Assembly (NCBI RefSeq): GCF_009834535.1
Contig: NC_045707.1
Coordinates: forward strand, 62,622,001 to 62,686,000
Length of the DNA stretch: 64,000 nt
Source of the DNA: Camelus ferus
Lineage: Eukaryota
Reading direction: 5' to 3'
Shown one piece after another: positions 1 to 13,322 of this stretch (the first letter of the stretch is position 1; every line of letters begins with the position of its first letter). The notes beneath the pieces were generated by a model, which was not told where the DNA came from, searched no databases, and saw only the letters and a program-made list of their open reading frames with translations. Both the position numbers and the translations under genes were made by a program.

Positions 1-241
1 CAAAATTTTGGAGAGTATTTCTACTGTGATTCCGATCAACACATCTCATTCATGAATCATAGAACTGATCTAATCTGAATTTGCTCATTCTTCAGTTATG
101 GAATTGGTCTAATTTGAATTTTCTACCAGTCTGAGACTTAAACCAACTCTATCCTTCTGACTTAGACTGAGACATACCAAGATGCCTCAACAAGGATATT
201 AAAACATTATTATGTTCTGTTACACAAATTCCAGTTATAGT

Positions 242-642
242 TGTATTAGTTTGCTAGGGCTGCCATAACTGAACAACACAGACTGGATGGCTTAAACAAC
301 AGAAACTTATTTAATCACAATTCAAGAGGCTACAAGTCCAAGATTAAGGTGTCCGTAAGTCGAGTTTCTCCTGAGGCCTTTCTCCTTGGCTTGTAGATGG
401 CCACCTGTCTGCTGTGCTCTCACATGGCCTTTCCTGTGTGTATAAGCATTTCTGATGTCTCTCAGCATGCCCAGATTTCTCCGTATTACAAGTACATCGT
501 TCAGATTGGACTAAGGCCTACTGTACTGCCTTATTCTAACAAGATTATCTCTTTAAAGGCTCTATATCTAAATGCAGTCTGAGGTACTGGGGATTATGGC
601 TCCAACATATGAATTTGGGGGGACTCAATTCAACCCAGAGCA
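242..642 (-). mobile_element. MaLR solo LTR (MLT1B-like)
   Basis: Starts tgtattagtttgctagggctgccataac, the reverse complement of the MLT1 3' end, and ends ...gaatttgggggga...caacccagagca. Flanked by a 5-bp TSD with one mismatch (atagt 237-241 / ataat 643-647). Confidence 0.9.
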
Positions 643-1049
643 ATAATCAGTGAGAGTCATTGCAGGAAGATAAATCATCTTGGACAAATTTAAACAAAGG
701 TGAATTTAATAGAAAATAGCAATGAGTGTGAAGTGTTGATTAAAAACAAAGCAACCTAGAGAGCTAGCTTTGAAAGTAATCAGACCCGAAGGATCTCTGA
801 AGAGTTAGAAAATAGATAAGAACTTTAATAAATAATATTCTAGTTAAGTATCATTACTGGTATTAATGAATGTAAATAATTTCTTTCATTTTTGTATCTA
901 TAATCAAAAAGAAAGTATATTTATTTGTGTAAGTTTAGGTCACATTCTTATCACCTGGCAGTGCTGGGATGCTAAGAGTGAAAATCAAATATAAAAAAAA
1001 AAGCCTTCAGGTATGCATTCAGATTTCAAAGATGATAGAGCAAAGATCG

Positions 1050-1620
1050 GGGATATTTATTTGGTTCAGCAAATGACCTAAGTTTCGAGGAAAATGAATT
1101 ATCAGTGATTTATTTAAGCACAAGAGAGATTATTGAAGTATAAGGCATTGCTGGTATCTTCAGAAAATTGGGAGGGTTAGGGTAGCAGTTTCAGGTGCCA
1201 TGCAGCCAGAATTATAGCCAAAACTGACTTCGGAATTAGTCCAGTGACTACACTGCGACTGCCACTGATGACCCTGGACACACCATCTTGCACCACTGAT
1301 GGTATAACAAGACTTGCGTGGTCAGTCTCATCATGGCCATGGCTGCTTTTGGAACAGGATGCCCCCTACACAGCTGCCTCTGTGTGCCATCTGAATGTAC
1401 TTTTCCTGGTTTCTGGTTCATGGTGTCACCAGGTCATGAGTCAAAATTCAGGGGCAGTGTTCTGACTGGCTGAATGTCCTCCTGCCTAAAGTGAGTTTCT
1501 GGCATGTTTATATTTTAAAGAGGGAGGCAAGGTGCGTAGGCACTGTGTTCCCCATGACCAAGAAAGTCGAGAAATTTCCCAACTGTAAGAGGGAAATTAC
1601 ATGAGGGACAGTCAAAAAAT
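1050..1620. mobile_element. Possible very old LTR remnant (ERVL/MaLR-like)
   Basis: GC-richer block with degraded LTR-like character; family not resolved. Confidence 0.3.
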
Positions 1621-2569
1621 TAAAAGTAATCACGGTGTTATTCTAGCAATAAAAAAGAGGTAATTCCGAAAAAGGAAACTGAGATTTCCTTAGGAGGGAT
1701 GAATAAATACTGACAGATAAAAAGTGTCTACAATGCATTTTAAAAAATCTTAATTAGTTGCAACAGCAGTAAATTAGAAAATTAGTCAAGCTGAGAAATT
1801 CCCTGAAAGACCTTTCAATCTCTTCTAAAAAAGAGCTATAAGTAAGAAAAAAAAGAAAGGGAAAAAAAACCCCACCTTTTTTTTTTTTCAAAACTGCATT
1901 CATGGGCAATTTCATAATAGCAAACAGCGAAACATGCTGAAATATCTTGCAGTAAGCCCCAGTTTCAACTGCCATGGGGGAAAGAAAACTAGAATTTTCA
2001 AAACTAAAGAAATATGTAAATATGCTTACATCTTAAATGCATGTAATGTTTTTTGCTAACTCACGAAGAACAAGCTGACAGTTTGAACAACTTGCTGTAT
2101 AAACCAAAGTATGTCACATTGCCTAACATTTACATCATTCATCTACTTTAAAAAAATAGTTTCTGAATTCTATTCCACTTTATACTCTATCGATAAGGCA
2201 AAAAACCAAAACTTTTGAGGCATTACCAAAAAATTCACCCAAATAACTATTGGTAACTTGAGGAATTTTTCAGTTGCCTTATGTGAGGATGAATGGCTCC
2301 AACAAGCACATCTATAATACAAAATAAACTGTGATTTTATTGTAAAATTCTCATAGATGGAAAATTAAATTAAATATTTATTCTATTTCATTTTACAATA
2401 ATCTTACCACTTATTTTTCTACCATGTATTTCAATTGTCTCTTTAGTGAAAATAAAGAAACCTGTAATTCTTAAAAAAAAAAAAAGCCTTAATTTATATC
2501 TTTGAAATTTCAATTACATTTCTTAAAAAAAAAAAAAAAAAAGCTTTCTTCACCCTGATATTTCTGAGA

Positions 2570-4560
2570 GAAATCTACTTTTGGCATTGTAGACTGTAAT
2601 TCAGACCAAGCTACTCATTAAAAACAATTATAAAAGTTTAGCAAAATACTTCATAATTTCACTTAAAGGTATCAGAAGAGAGCACAAAAAAGTCAGCGAA
2701 AAATGCCAAGTAAATATCCAGGAGAACTTCAAAGGGGTCAGCCTGGCATTTCCAGCTTAATTCCCCTACATGCACCTTCCTTTCCGTAAGAGGAGGAGAG
2801 CTATCAATTTACCTGTGGGATAAGAGGACAAAAATTGGAGACCAAGACCCATCCAGAAAGGAGTCTAGGGTACTGGTGAAAAACAACGTCTGAGGCTTTG
2901 GATTCGAATCAAGAAAGGATACATCTTGAGAGTAGAAATAAACCTGAGATAGAATGGCCTGTACAGGGAGTGGAACCCAGCTTCAAATCATCTCAGTCTC
3001 TTAAATGGGATCAAGGTGACCTGAGATTGCTGTTAGCCACAGGGACTTGTGGAAGTAAACATGAGTCATCCACCTCTGAGAGAAGATGTTATCTTGAGTC
3101 TCAAATAATTTAACAAATATTCTCATGTGATATCTAATGCACTAAAAAATAAACAGGAATGTGATAAGAAAAACCAGTTTGATAGAAAACCAAGGGAAAC
3201 AGTATATACTAGAAACAAACTCATCAGAAATGCAGATAATGCAGTGATCAGCACAGACTAAAGATGACTGGGCTTAAAAGAGTCAAGAAAATAAAATGCA
3301 AGTTTCAAAATTTTGTCAGAGAACTTGAAATTTTTAATAAGTACCAAATTATAATTTTAGAACTGGTAAATAAAATGATTGAGAGTTAGAAGTCATTGGG
3401 TGAGTTTCATAGCAGATTAACTATAGCTGGAAAAAAATGGTTAGACTATAAAATAGGTCACAAGAAAATATGTGGAAAAGAGCCCAGAAAGGTAAAAGAA
3501 GTGAAAGGGAAAGATGACAGACGTAGAAGAGAGTGTCAAAGATAGGATGGATACATGGTGCGGATGTCAAAATGTGTGTAATGGGAACCCGGAGGAAAAG
3601 AAGCAAGTAAATAATGTGGAAGGAGGATTTAAAGAGAATGTAACTGAAAAATTTCTAAAACTGACAAATCTCTAACCCACAGCTTTAAGAAGTTCTAAAA
3701 AAAAAATCAGATTTATAAAAAGAAAGAAAAACAAAGTAACACATAGACACACCATAGGATCACTGTTAGAAAAAAAACGAAGAGAAAATCTTAATCGTAT
3801 GCAGCATATTATTTACCACTAAATCAGTGAGTACTTTCAAAGAGATCACACTTTGATCCCTTACTGACTTCTAAACGAAAACAATATAAGCCCAAAGACA
3901 GTAAGACAGGTTTTTTTCAAACTCTTAAATGAAAAGGACTGCCAGTCTTAAAATTCTAGTGCCTGGTAAAATAGCTTTCAAAAATAAAGATGAAATAAAG
4001 ATATTTATGGTTTAAAATTTTAAGCATTCACCAAACCAAAGGAAACATGTTAATCAGGTTATTTTTAAATCAATAAAAACGGGGGTCGGGAAATGGGTAT
4101 AGCTCAGTGGTAGAGAACATGCTTAGCTAACATGAGGTCCTGGATTCAGTCCATTAACATTTTTTTAACAATCAGAAAAATGAAAATTCAAAACAATAAT
4201 CCTAGATAAAAACTTCTGGATATAAGAAGGAGTAATAAACATTGAAAGTATATATCTAAAATATAGTAAAATATTATACAGTAAAATATTAACTAAATGG
4301 GTTTAACATATAGAGAGAATTAAATTCACAATCATAATAGCATATATTTCAGGAGATAGTGAATGGAATTCAATTGTGCTAAGTTGTAGAAAGAAATTAA
4401 AATAGTAATTCATATTAAACTTATTCAATTAAAGGGTAATATGTTGAAATTTCTACCACTAAAATTTAATCAAAAGTACCAATTTTGTTGTGCTGTGCTA
4501 AGATATGCAATCTACTGTAAAGAAGGTAAAAAAAGGTGAGAAACAAAGAACATAGTACAT
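2570..4560 (+). mobile_element. Ancient L1 5' region/ORF1 remnant (L1M or HAL1-like)
   Basis: A-rich sense strand with decayed ORF1 C-terminal motifs (gagaaaatcttaa; ctgacttct...acaatataagcccaaagacag; aaaattctagtgcctggtaaaatagctttcaaaaataaagatgaaataaagatattt). No recognisable ORF2 follows. Confidence 0.7.
4081..4169 (+). mobile_element. tRNA-derived SINE (camelid Vic-1-like), nested in L1
   Basis: gggtatagctcagtggtagag...catgcttagc...catgaggtcctggattcagtcc: A-box TAGCTCAGTGG and a degenerate B-box. Degenerate TSD aatcaataaaaac / aatcagaaaaat. Confidence 0.85.
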
Positions 4561-5399
4561 TTATGTATCAGGAAAAAAAGAGATGAGGTTCTTATGAATT
4601 TCCATGAGCCCTGCCCAAATTCTTAGAAGAACAGGACAATTTACAATTAACGACATTGACCTGGACAATAAAATGCCCTCATCTACTAACTTAGCAGTTA
4701 ACCCAAGTATTCACCTAGTCACATTTAGAGGATAAACTAACATTTCTGGAGTAATAAGAATACATTAATTCAAATTCAGGAGAAGAAATTAAAAAGAATT
4801 ACAACATATTTCCTTGTGCACTAAAGCTAGCCGGTATACATATTTGCTTAAACCAGGAGAATAATTAGAGATTAGAACTAAGTTGTAAGTATCAAACTTA
4901 GAAAAAGAAATCAGCTGTGATTATGTGATCCACAAGTCCACGATATGCAGGGCAATATAGAAACAAGTGTGCTGATCAAAAAAGCAAGTACATTAATTTA
5001 ATTCACTGAGCCAAAAATGCTCAAGTAGCAATGATTTTGCCTTGGCCTTCTGCTATCTGGGAAGTGGATGCCTTGTTGAGTGACTACTTGACAGTTTGCT
5101 GGATTAGTTGGTACCTAGAGAAGCAGTCTGTTTCCCCCAGGCTTACGTCTGGAAAACTGGCACAGATCAATCTCCTTTTTCCATTTTACCATCACTTTTT
5201 ATTACACTGAAGTCTTACCTTTTCTTGAGTTTTGAATTAATTTTTTGAAAACCTTTATTTTCAAGTAAGCACTTAGAGAACAGTTTAACCTTATCTTTGC
5301 TTATTTACGTCTCGTTCATGCCAAACCACTTTCTCAGCAATTCAACTCAGAAATCAGAAATGTTCTTTTGTATACCAAATATGGTATTTAGTAACTTAT

Positions 5400-5782
5400 A
5401 AATATTGGATTTGGCTATGAGACTTGTTTCGGTTAGTAAGACCTGGAAGACCTGGAAAACCTGGAAAACAAGCAGGCTTGAAAAGTGTTTATGCTCTAGG
5501 ATTTTCCCTCTTTTGCTCTTCTTTTGAAACCTGGGACTGCCACGTGCAAACAGCTGGGCTAGCCTACTGGAGAAGGAGACCAGAGGATGCCATCCCAGGG
5601 GAGGTTTACCCGCATCTGCTAAACATAAAAATGTGGCTGCCTTTTATCATCTAGGCTAGTTCTCCTAGACTAGAAAAACTGCTGAAACTAGCCAACCCAT
5701 AGAAGATGAGATAATACATCATGGCTGATTTGAGCCACAACATTTTGGTGCAGTTTTGATGTAGCAAAGGCAACCGACCAAT
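5400..5782 (+). mobile_element. MaLR LTR (MLT1F/G-like)
   Basis: ggatttggctatgagacttg...gggctagcctactggag...tttgagccacaacattttgg...gtagcaaaggcaacc, which is MLT1-type architecture. Confidence 0.65.
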
Positions 5783-6839
5783 ATTCCATAGTTACTAGAA
5801 AAGTTAGTTAATTACTGCTAGTGCTCTGTTTTGTTCTTAAACATCCAGGTTTGGGTGGTAAATTATATGGCCACCGTAATTAAAACTCAAGAACTGTTAT
5901 CTCAAGATGCAATCAGAAGAGATTTGTTACACATGGAGTTGGAGAGGTCCCTGTATAAAACTCCTCATTTCTTCATGAATTAAGAACAAATTAGGAAGTA
6001 GGTGCAGAAATCAGACTGATGAAAATAAACATATCAGCTTTGTCATTGGCGAATGCTATTTTAGAAAATGTGGATTTTTGAATTTGAAAACGATGGGCTG
6101 GCTAACACTTCAACTCAGAATTAAATGTACCCACCCTGTCAGAGATAGAGTAGAAAAACTACAGAGTCACGGGGCTATAAAATAAGTCAAAATAAAATAA
6201 CAGAGGACATGTGTGGCCCATGTTTATAACTTGCCGTTAGCCAGTAAGTGATGTAATTCTTGGCATCTGTGGTTCAATTAGAGAAAATGAGAATTTTAAT
6301 AAAAAATTCTTCATATGTGCTGCCTGGTACATAGTGAATATTTGATTAATTCTTGAAAGGACATCTTATAAGGACAGAAGCACTGGAAAATTCTCTAAAG
6401 TTACCAATGAAAACCCTAAGCTTTGTAACAGCAGGTCACAGAGAGGTATCCTTCACGCTGCAATCACTGGTCTATTTGCTGACAACCTTTATTCTTCCTT
6501 ACACGAAGTTGGCTCCTTTGGTTCTCTGCCTAGTCCATGCTACCTGCTTGAAATTTGATGACCCTGAACTTAATAAGCTTACAATAATCCAAAATAATTG
6601 CAAAATTCTATAAGCATCAAGCCACTAGGATCCCAGGTTATCACCTTCCACATCTTTCTTAAGGAAAAAAAAAATTCACGTGAATCTCAGACCCCCTCAA
6701 GCTTCTGCTCTCTGTTTAAATGTCTTAGCTAGCTTCTGTCTGACTTATGTTTTTATCACATATCTCTGTCTTCTAGCCTCATCATTCGACCAAAATTGAT
6801 CTGGCAAAATTATCAGAAACTTTAGGATCAGTAAGGCTA

Positions 6840-7560
6840 ATGAACCTCTGTTACTCCTCATTTTCCCTGGTCTCTAAGCAACACTCAGTATTGTTACCTT
6901 CTTCCATCCTGAAGTCACTTCTGCATTATGACTCAACGTTCTCATTTCCCTCTTACATCTGTAACATCTCATTTACAGGTTTTTTTTTTTTTCTCTTTTG
7001 CCCCACCCTTAAATGTTACAATTTCTCAAAGTCCTATTGTAGAACCTCTTCTTTCCGAATGTTACAATTTCTCAAAGTCCTATTGTAGAACCTCTTCTTT
7101 CCACGCTTATGCAGTCTTCTTCATGCTTATAACTTTACACTGAGGACTCCCAAATTTGTATGTACTTCACACCTCTCCTTTAAGCCTCAAGTACCTATTA
7201 AATTAGTGCTTCTCAGACTCTCTACTTGAAAGTTGTCAGAAGCAACTCAGATTCAATGTATTCAAAACTGACTTTATAATAACACTGAAATCCTGCCTTT
7301 CTCCATTATTTCCAACACAGTAACATCATCCACCCAGGTTTTAACTAAAAAACCCCAAATTATCCTTGATACACATTTATTCTGTACCATATTTAAAAAC
7401 TATTTCCATCGAGTTTACTAATCAAAAACGTTTAACTTTGTCACCCGCTCTCCATGCTTGACTTTCACTGCTCTAACCCAATTCCAGTTACCGCAATATA
7501 GCAAATTATACTCTTAATAAGCTCTAAGAGCATTGCAGGTCTCTACCTAACTGTATTTTT
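6840..7560 (+). mobile_element. L2 LINE 3' portion
   Basis: caactcagattcaatgtattcaaaactgac...catcatccacccagg...tatccttga resembles the L2 ORF2 end (LKLNMSKTEL region). Confidence 0.7.
7012..7102. repeat. Tandem duplication, period 46 bp
   Basis: aatgttacaatttctcaaagtcctattgtagaacctcttctttcc occurs identically at 7012-7056 and 7058-7102. Confidence 0.97.
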
Positions 7561-7590
7561 TGTTTATAATTTTACATTTGTTTAAATGAC

Positions 7591-8224
7591 TATGGTGAGC
7601 AGAATTCGGATATATTCTCCTTCAGTTCTGTAGCCTAGTGTCCGTGCTCTGTATGATGCCACCCATTGAGTGTGGGGGACATACTACCAGCCAGTAGAGT
7701 AGGACAGACGGGAAGATGTAATTTTTGCAGATGTAATTAAAGTCCAAGTTTATCTTAAGCTAACCGAGAGAAAGCGACTCCTGCAAGGCCTGAGTTACTC
7801 AGGTGAATCCTCTTAAAAAAAGAGATGTAATCAGTTAAAGGCTCTTAAAAGAGGTCAGGCAGGTTTGATGAACCAAGGGGTTGTGTTGGAGAAGTCCATG
7901 TGGCAGAGAGCTGTGTGCAATCTCTAGGACCCAAAGAAGGCCTTCTGGCTACAACCAGCAAAACACTAGGGTCCTTAATGATGCAGCTTCAAGGAAACAA
8001 ATTCTGCCAACAACTTGAAGAAGCCTGCAGGTGGATTCTTTCCCAGTCAAGCCTTCAGATGGAAGTACAGCTTGAAAAAAACCTGGTCACAGCCTCTGGG
8101 AGACACTGAGCAGAGGACCCTGCTAAGCTGTGCCTGCACTCCTAAGCCACAGAAATTGTGAGATAATAAATGTGTGTTGAGTTAAGCAGTTAAATTTTTC
8201 TCCTGCAACAATGAAAAATAATAT
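7591..8224 (+). mobile_element. MaLR solo LTR (MLT1E-like)
   Basis: gcagatgtaattaaagtcc; aattctgccaacaacttgaag; cagaggaccctgctaagctgtgcc; cacagaaattgtgagataataaatgtgtgttg. Confidence 0.85.
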
Positions 8225-8399
8225 AGTGATTATTTTAATATCCATCAGTTAGTTTGAATAGCTTAGTTTTTGTTGCAGAAACAAACAACTCTAAATTATA
8301 AGAGCTAGCGATGTACACGTTTATTTCTTGCTCAGATTCCGTAAGCTACAGGTTCTGACACACATATGGTGATTTTAGCCTTAGATATGAAACAGTCAA

Positions 8400-9330
8400 T
8401 TCATCCATTACCATAAGATGACAGGGGTAATATATGAATACAGAAATAGGTAGGGTGGTAATTTTGGTTGTTGAGAATAAGTTCTTTTCAGATCACTTAC
8501 ATTTCTCAGAGAACTTAGAAGCAAGTGAAATAAGAACAGAGGTGTGAAATAAGAAGAGGTGTGAAATAGTCATCTCATAGAGTGAGAGAGTGAATTGCCT
8601 TGGGAAACTCTGTAAGGATTGCCAGGTTAGGAGGAATCACTTGAGGTTTGTGATATACATTTAAATTGAGGTTGGTCTGCATATTTTTAATTTATTTTTC
8701 TCTAGACATGTTCAGCTCCTTGGGAGAAGACACAGTGAAAGCAAGTCATATATTTGACTCAACCTGAGGTTATTCCTGGAAAGAATAATGGAGGAAGAGA
8801 AGAACAAGGGAATTGAGATGCATGCAGTGTAGTGATTTTAATGATGCAACCTGAAGTCAGTTGGATAAAAAGGAAAATGAGAACATGAAGGGGATAATGG
8901 ATGTGAAAATGTGGGGTATCAATGGATAGAAGGGATCAGTGGGGCTGAGGAACTGTTGGACTACAGATATAAGAAATACTAAGCTGGGATTCTAAGAATC
9001 AGGACCCAGAAAGGGGGATGCTTAAAACTGAGACTTATCAAAGTGGTACAGTTATTGATAATGACGAATTTGAGAGCATGGATGAGGTGGCTGAGGGAAT
9101 GGAGTGAATGACAGAGTTATTTGAAATAAGCAAGTCAACAGGATCAGGATGCATCATCCAGAAAACAAGGAGTCATCGAGGATGCTGACAGGAGGAGTGG
9201 CAGAGAGAGGCCGATACAAGCAATAAACCTAAGGAGATGTGGGGCAGTGACTACTAGGGTAATGAGTAACTGCAACACAGTGTGACTGTGCAGCCATAGT
9301 CTGATAGCACAGATGCTAGAGCTTTTTTTA
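8400..9330 (-). mobile_element. L2 LINE fragment
   Basis: Purine-rich decayed sequence resembling antisense L2 ORF2. Confidence 0.5.
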
Positions 9331-9571
9331 AAATTTATTTTTAATTAAAAAATTTTAGCAACTTAAATGTCCTTGGACAGATGAACAAATGAGGAAGATT
9401 GGTGTATTGAGGTTTTAAAAAGTCATTGCAGTTACTCTTTAGTTTTAATTTTATACATATGTGTAAATTATATATTTAACTTATATATAGGAAAATATAC
9501 ATATATTTATATTATTTATTGATATCTTAGATATATGTACCCACACATGTGTGTGTGTGCATGTGAAATTT

Positions 9572-9745
9572 ACTGTGGTATCTTAAGCAAACCATCACAC
9601 CTAAGTCTTTTGTTTATTCATCTGTAAAATGAGGTTACTTGTATTCCTCAAAATATTTTGTGAGTGTCAAAGGAAGTAAAATGCACAAAGCATTTAGTAG
9701 GGCATTTAGCATTTTAAGTGATATTAATATTTGCTGTTACTGTCA
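9572..9745 (+). mobile_element. MIR SINE
   Basis: Core tcatctgtaaaatgagg, followed by aaagcatttag...aatatttgctgttact. Confidence 0.7.
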
Positions 9746-10809
9746 TGACCTAGATTCCAAGAATATCCCTAGGTCCTGGAGATACAGAAGTGCAAAAGTA
9801 GGAGGCTCTCTAAAAAAAAAATGTCTTTTTAGAATAGGTGACAAGTAAACAATAACACAGTGTGACTGAGAGTTAAGAGTAGGTATGTGCAACTAGAGTA
9901 ATAGGTATAAAAAGAGAATGGTAATTTCTACCCAAGATGGCAGGATGGGATCTCTTCAATTCCATGGTGGGGGATACTTCTCAAAGTGGGTAACTCATAC
10001 ATGTTACGAGTAGTGAGTACAAATTCACAATCAGCATCAGAAGAACAGAGCTGTGCCTCCACGTATGTTGATTCTGGTTGATCACCACACAGGGCTTTCT
10101 GGCTATGGTGACCTGATACCATACAGGTTAGACATGTTCTGGCAAGTCTCGTTTCCTCATGCTGGATTTTTCCACCAAGGATAAAGAGATACCATTACGT
10201 AATTTGCAAGAAAAAATTATGTATAGATGTCTGATGAGAGAGAGATGGGGGAGGCTATGGAATTGCAGTCAGGAAAAATGAATTAAAGAGGTACCTAAGT
10301 CACCTTTAGGTGACACATTTAGGGAACTGTCATGAAAACGCAGGCTATGTGTGATTAGCGATCAAGACTACAGAAGGATGTCAGCATTAAAATATGAAAT
10401 GCTTTGTGCGGTAAGCAATGAGAGCTCAGAAATTTGACCTTTATCCATAGAGTTTGGGAGAAGCATTGAATACTTTTAAACAAGGAACGATGAGACAGTA
10501 TTTTCAACTTGAAAGACTGTTCTGTCTACCATGTGTATAGAGGGAAAGAAACAATTGCTAGAGGAATGGAGCTCCATTATGAGGCTATTAAGCTAAATCA
10601 AAGAAAGAAAGTAAAGAAAGAAAAAGAAGGAAGGACGGAAGGAAGGGAGCAAGGCAGTCTAGACAAATCCAGTATTCCTGGTTAGCCTACTCCTCCCTCA
10701 GCTGGATTGAGGGGAAGTCCAGAGCTCTTGAGTGTCTCTGATGAGAGCATTTTCTCAAGATACACCAGAAATTTCCCCATATGCCACTGGACTGGCCTGC
10801 GCCTTCTTT

Positions 10810-11293
10810 GAACCAGCACAATATGGCAACGGTAATGCTCTTCCAATTCTGGCTCTATCCTTTAGGAGGACCAAAAATGTCTATTTTGCTACTCTTAAAT
10901 TGCTACCTTGAGGTAAATCAGCCACCATGGAAGAAGTCTGACTGCCTTGAGGCCACTTTGCTCTGAAGTGGCCAAAGCCAGGCTTATGTAAAAGCCACGT
11001 GGAAAGAGAGTGGTGCTGGTCATCCCAAGTATCAGCGAAAAAGCCATGTTAGACATTCCAGCACCATCAAACGCCAGGTGGGGGAGCTCTGAGGCCCCAG
11101 ACACACTGACCCAGCCGAGCCGTCTGAAGCGTGCCAGCCATTTGTGCTGCCTCAGCTGACGCTGCAGGCATCATGCAGCGAAGGCAGACTATCCCTCATG
11201 AATTTCTGACCTCACAGTTGTGGATACAGTGAACTAGTTATCATGTCACTAGCTTTTGTGAAGGTTTGTTCTGCAGCAACAGATACCTGAAAT
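10810..11293 (+). mobile_element. MaLR LTR (MLT1H/G-like)
   Basis: cagccaccatggaagaagtctgactgccttgaggcc...aatttctgacctcacag...cagcaacagatacctgaaata. Confidence 0.75.
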
Positions 11294-11439
11294 AATGTAT
11301 TGATTTGTCTATTTGTTCATTATTTTTCTACCTTCTTAGATGGGAAGTTTCTTGAGTGTCAGGAGTTTTTCTCACTAACACTGACACCTCCTAGAACAAT
11401 AGCTGGAACATAGTTGTAATTAATACATAATTAAAGGAA

Positions 11440-11960
11440 CATATAAAGATGGATTAAAAAGAGTGAAAAGGAGCTCTTCAGAGAATGCATATAATAATTG
11501 ATAATTGACTGGATATAGCTCGTGGGTAAAAAGAAGATATTATTTGCCTCTAGGTTTTTGGTCTTGACAACTCGATTAATAGTGGTACCACTAATAGAAA
11601 CAGAGAAATCAAGAGAAAACTGGTCAAAGATTGTACATTAACAAATTTGGTATATGTTGGAATTTATCTATTAGGATTATCTAGGAGGACATAGTAAGTA
11701 GTGAGTTTAATATGAAAGCTTGGATATCAACAAGATGTATCTTTTATACAAAATGAGTACAATTTCAATAAATCAAGAATACATACTAGTTTCAAGTTAT
11801 GGTAGGAAAAATAGGAAGAAAGCTGAAGTAGTATGAAGCCTATTTGGTTTGATATACAAATAGAGACCATTTGGAAACTGAATTAAAACAGACTCAATGA
11901 AATCAAGCAAAATTCATCTAATGTTAGTTAGTAGGTTAAGGAATGAATTAGAATTAGAGA
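11440..11960 (-). mobile_element. L2 fragment
   Basis: tgactggatatag...taggtttttggtcttgacaactc...tggtaccactaatagaaacagagaa resembles antisense L2. Confidence 0.55.
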
Positions 11961-13266
11961 CACTGAGTACATACTATTCTTCAAGAACGAGAAAAATAAG
12001 AAAGATAAAATACAGAAGAATAAGAATCCCAAAGGATGTTTATGATTCTACCATTTGGCATCAAATATAATTTCATGAAAAAAGAAAGATAAAACCAATC
12101 TCTACTCCTAAACTAAATTAGAAAATTGAGAAGTTGGTGGCATCTCTCAATATTAAAAAATCAAAAGTCATGGGGAAATGTGAGAACATAACAAGGGCAA
12201 ACTGTTGGATCCTCAGGAAAATTTAAAGCACCATTATCTCTGGCTGAAAAATACTATATAGTTACATAAAGCAATAGGTCATAAATCTAAGATCTACTTG
12301 ATGTCTAGACTACTAAAAATCTAATATAGATAAAAAGATGATAGTTATTTTTATTTATTTTTTATTTCTCTCCAGACCTCAAAGGAATTGTTAATAATAA
12401 AAAAAATCAATAGAAATTTTATTTATAAAAGTACCAAGAGCAGGCATTAAACTATTTAAATTATGCTAGAGACAACCAAGTCAGGCTGGCCACTCTGCTG
12501 CTTTCTTCTTGAAGTGGGGATAATATCTCATGAGTCATTGTGTCATTCTGTCTAGTGATAGGGTATGTCAAATTATCCTGCTTTTACTAGATAAGTGTAT
12601 GTAATTATACTAGATACAGTATGTGTATATATATGTGTGTGTGTGTATGTATATACATATATGTATACATCAATGTGTGTGTTGTTCAGCAGAAATGTGT
12701 TGTGTGAAGGAGAATAAGAGAATAAGGATCATATTACAAGTGTTATCATTCTGGGAAGATAATAGGTATTTAAAATGGTCTGTAAATATTTGTCACTTTT
12801 GATTATTTAAATTTGATCTCAGCTATTCGTAGAGCATTCAGTGCTTAAAGTTGTCCCATTTATAATAAAACAATTGTGAAGAAATTGTAGACTATGAGAT
12901 TAAAAACAGTATAAAGCCAATTATCCATAATACAAAAGGAAATAAGGGTTGGTGGGGAGAAGGAACACACACACACGCATAGAGCCAGGGAGAGAGACAG
13001 AGAGAGAGAGAGAATGAGTTTGAGGATGGAGGGGAAAGGGATTGACAGATAGGAACCTGGTATGTTTCAAGGTTTGATACTTTCACCAGACAGTAGCCTG
13101 AAAAATTAACTTCCAAGAGATCATATTTTAGAAGGAAAATGGGAGAATAATACACTAATACCTAAGATGTTCCTCAGCTTCCCAGACTCCCCTTAGGAGA
13201 AAACTGCTGGACATGGTAGTTCCTGGACTACATTACCCTTCCCCTTGAATGTGAAAGTACTCGTGA

Positions 13267-13322
13267 CTGACTCAGGAACCTCTGTATCTTTTTTCTGACT
13301 CAGGAACCTCTGTATCTTTTTT
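13267..13322. repeat. Perfect 28-bp tandem duplication
   Basis: ctgactcaggaacctctgtatctttttt occurs twice (13267-13294, 13295-13322). Confidence 0.97.

Noticed and set aside
4095..4155. tRNA gene
   Set aside because: The A/B boxes belong to a tRNA-derived SINE; there is no complete cloverleaf and the B-box is degenerate.
5441..5467. (acctggaar)x3 repeat
   Set aside because: Trivial slippage inside an LTR.
8525..8569. gtgaaataagaa...gaggt near-tandem repeat
   Set aside because: Short imperfect slippage duplication in an L2 relic.
7012..13322. CRISPR-like or other prokaryotic repeat system from the direct repeats
   Set aside because: Only two adjacent copies each, no spacers, and a mammalian context.
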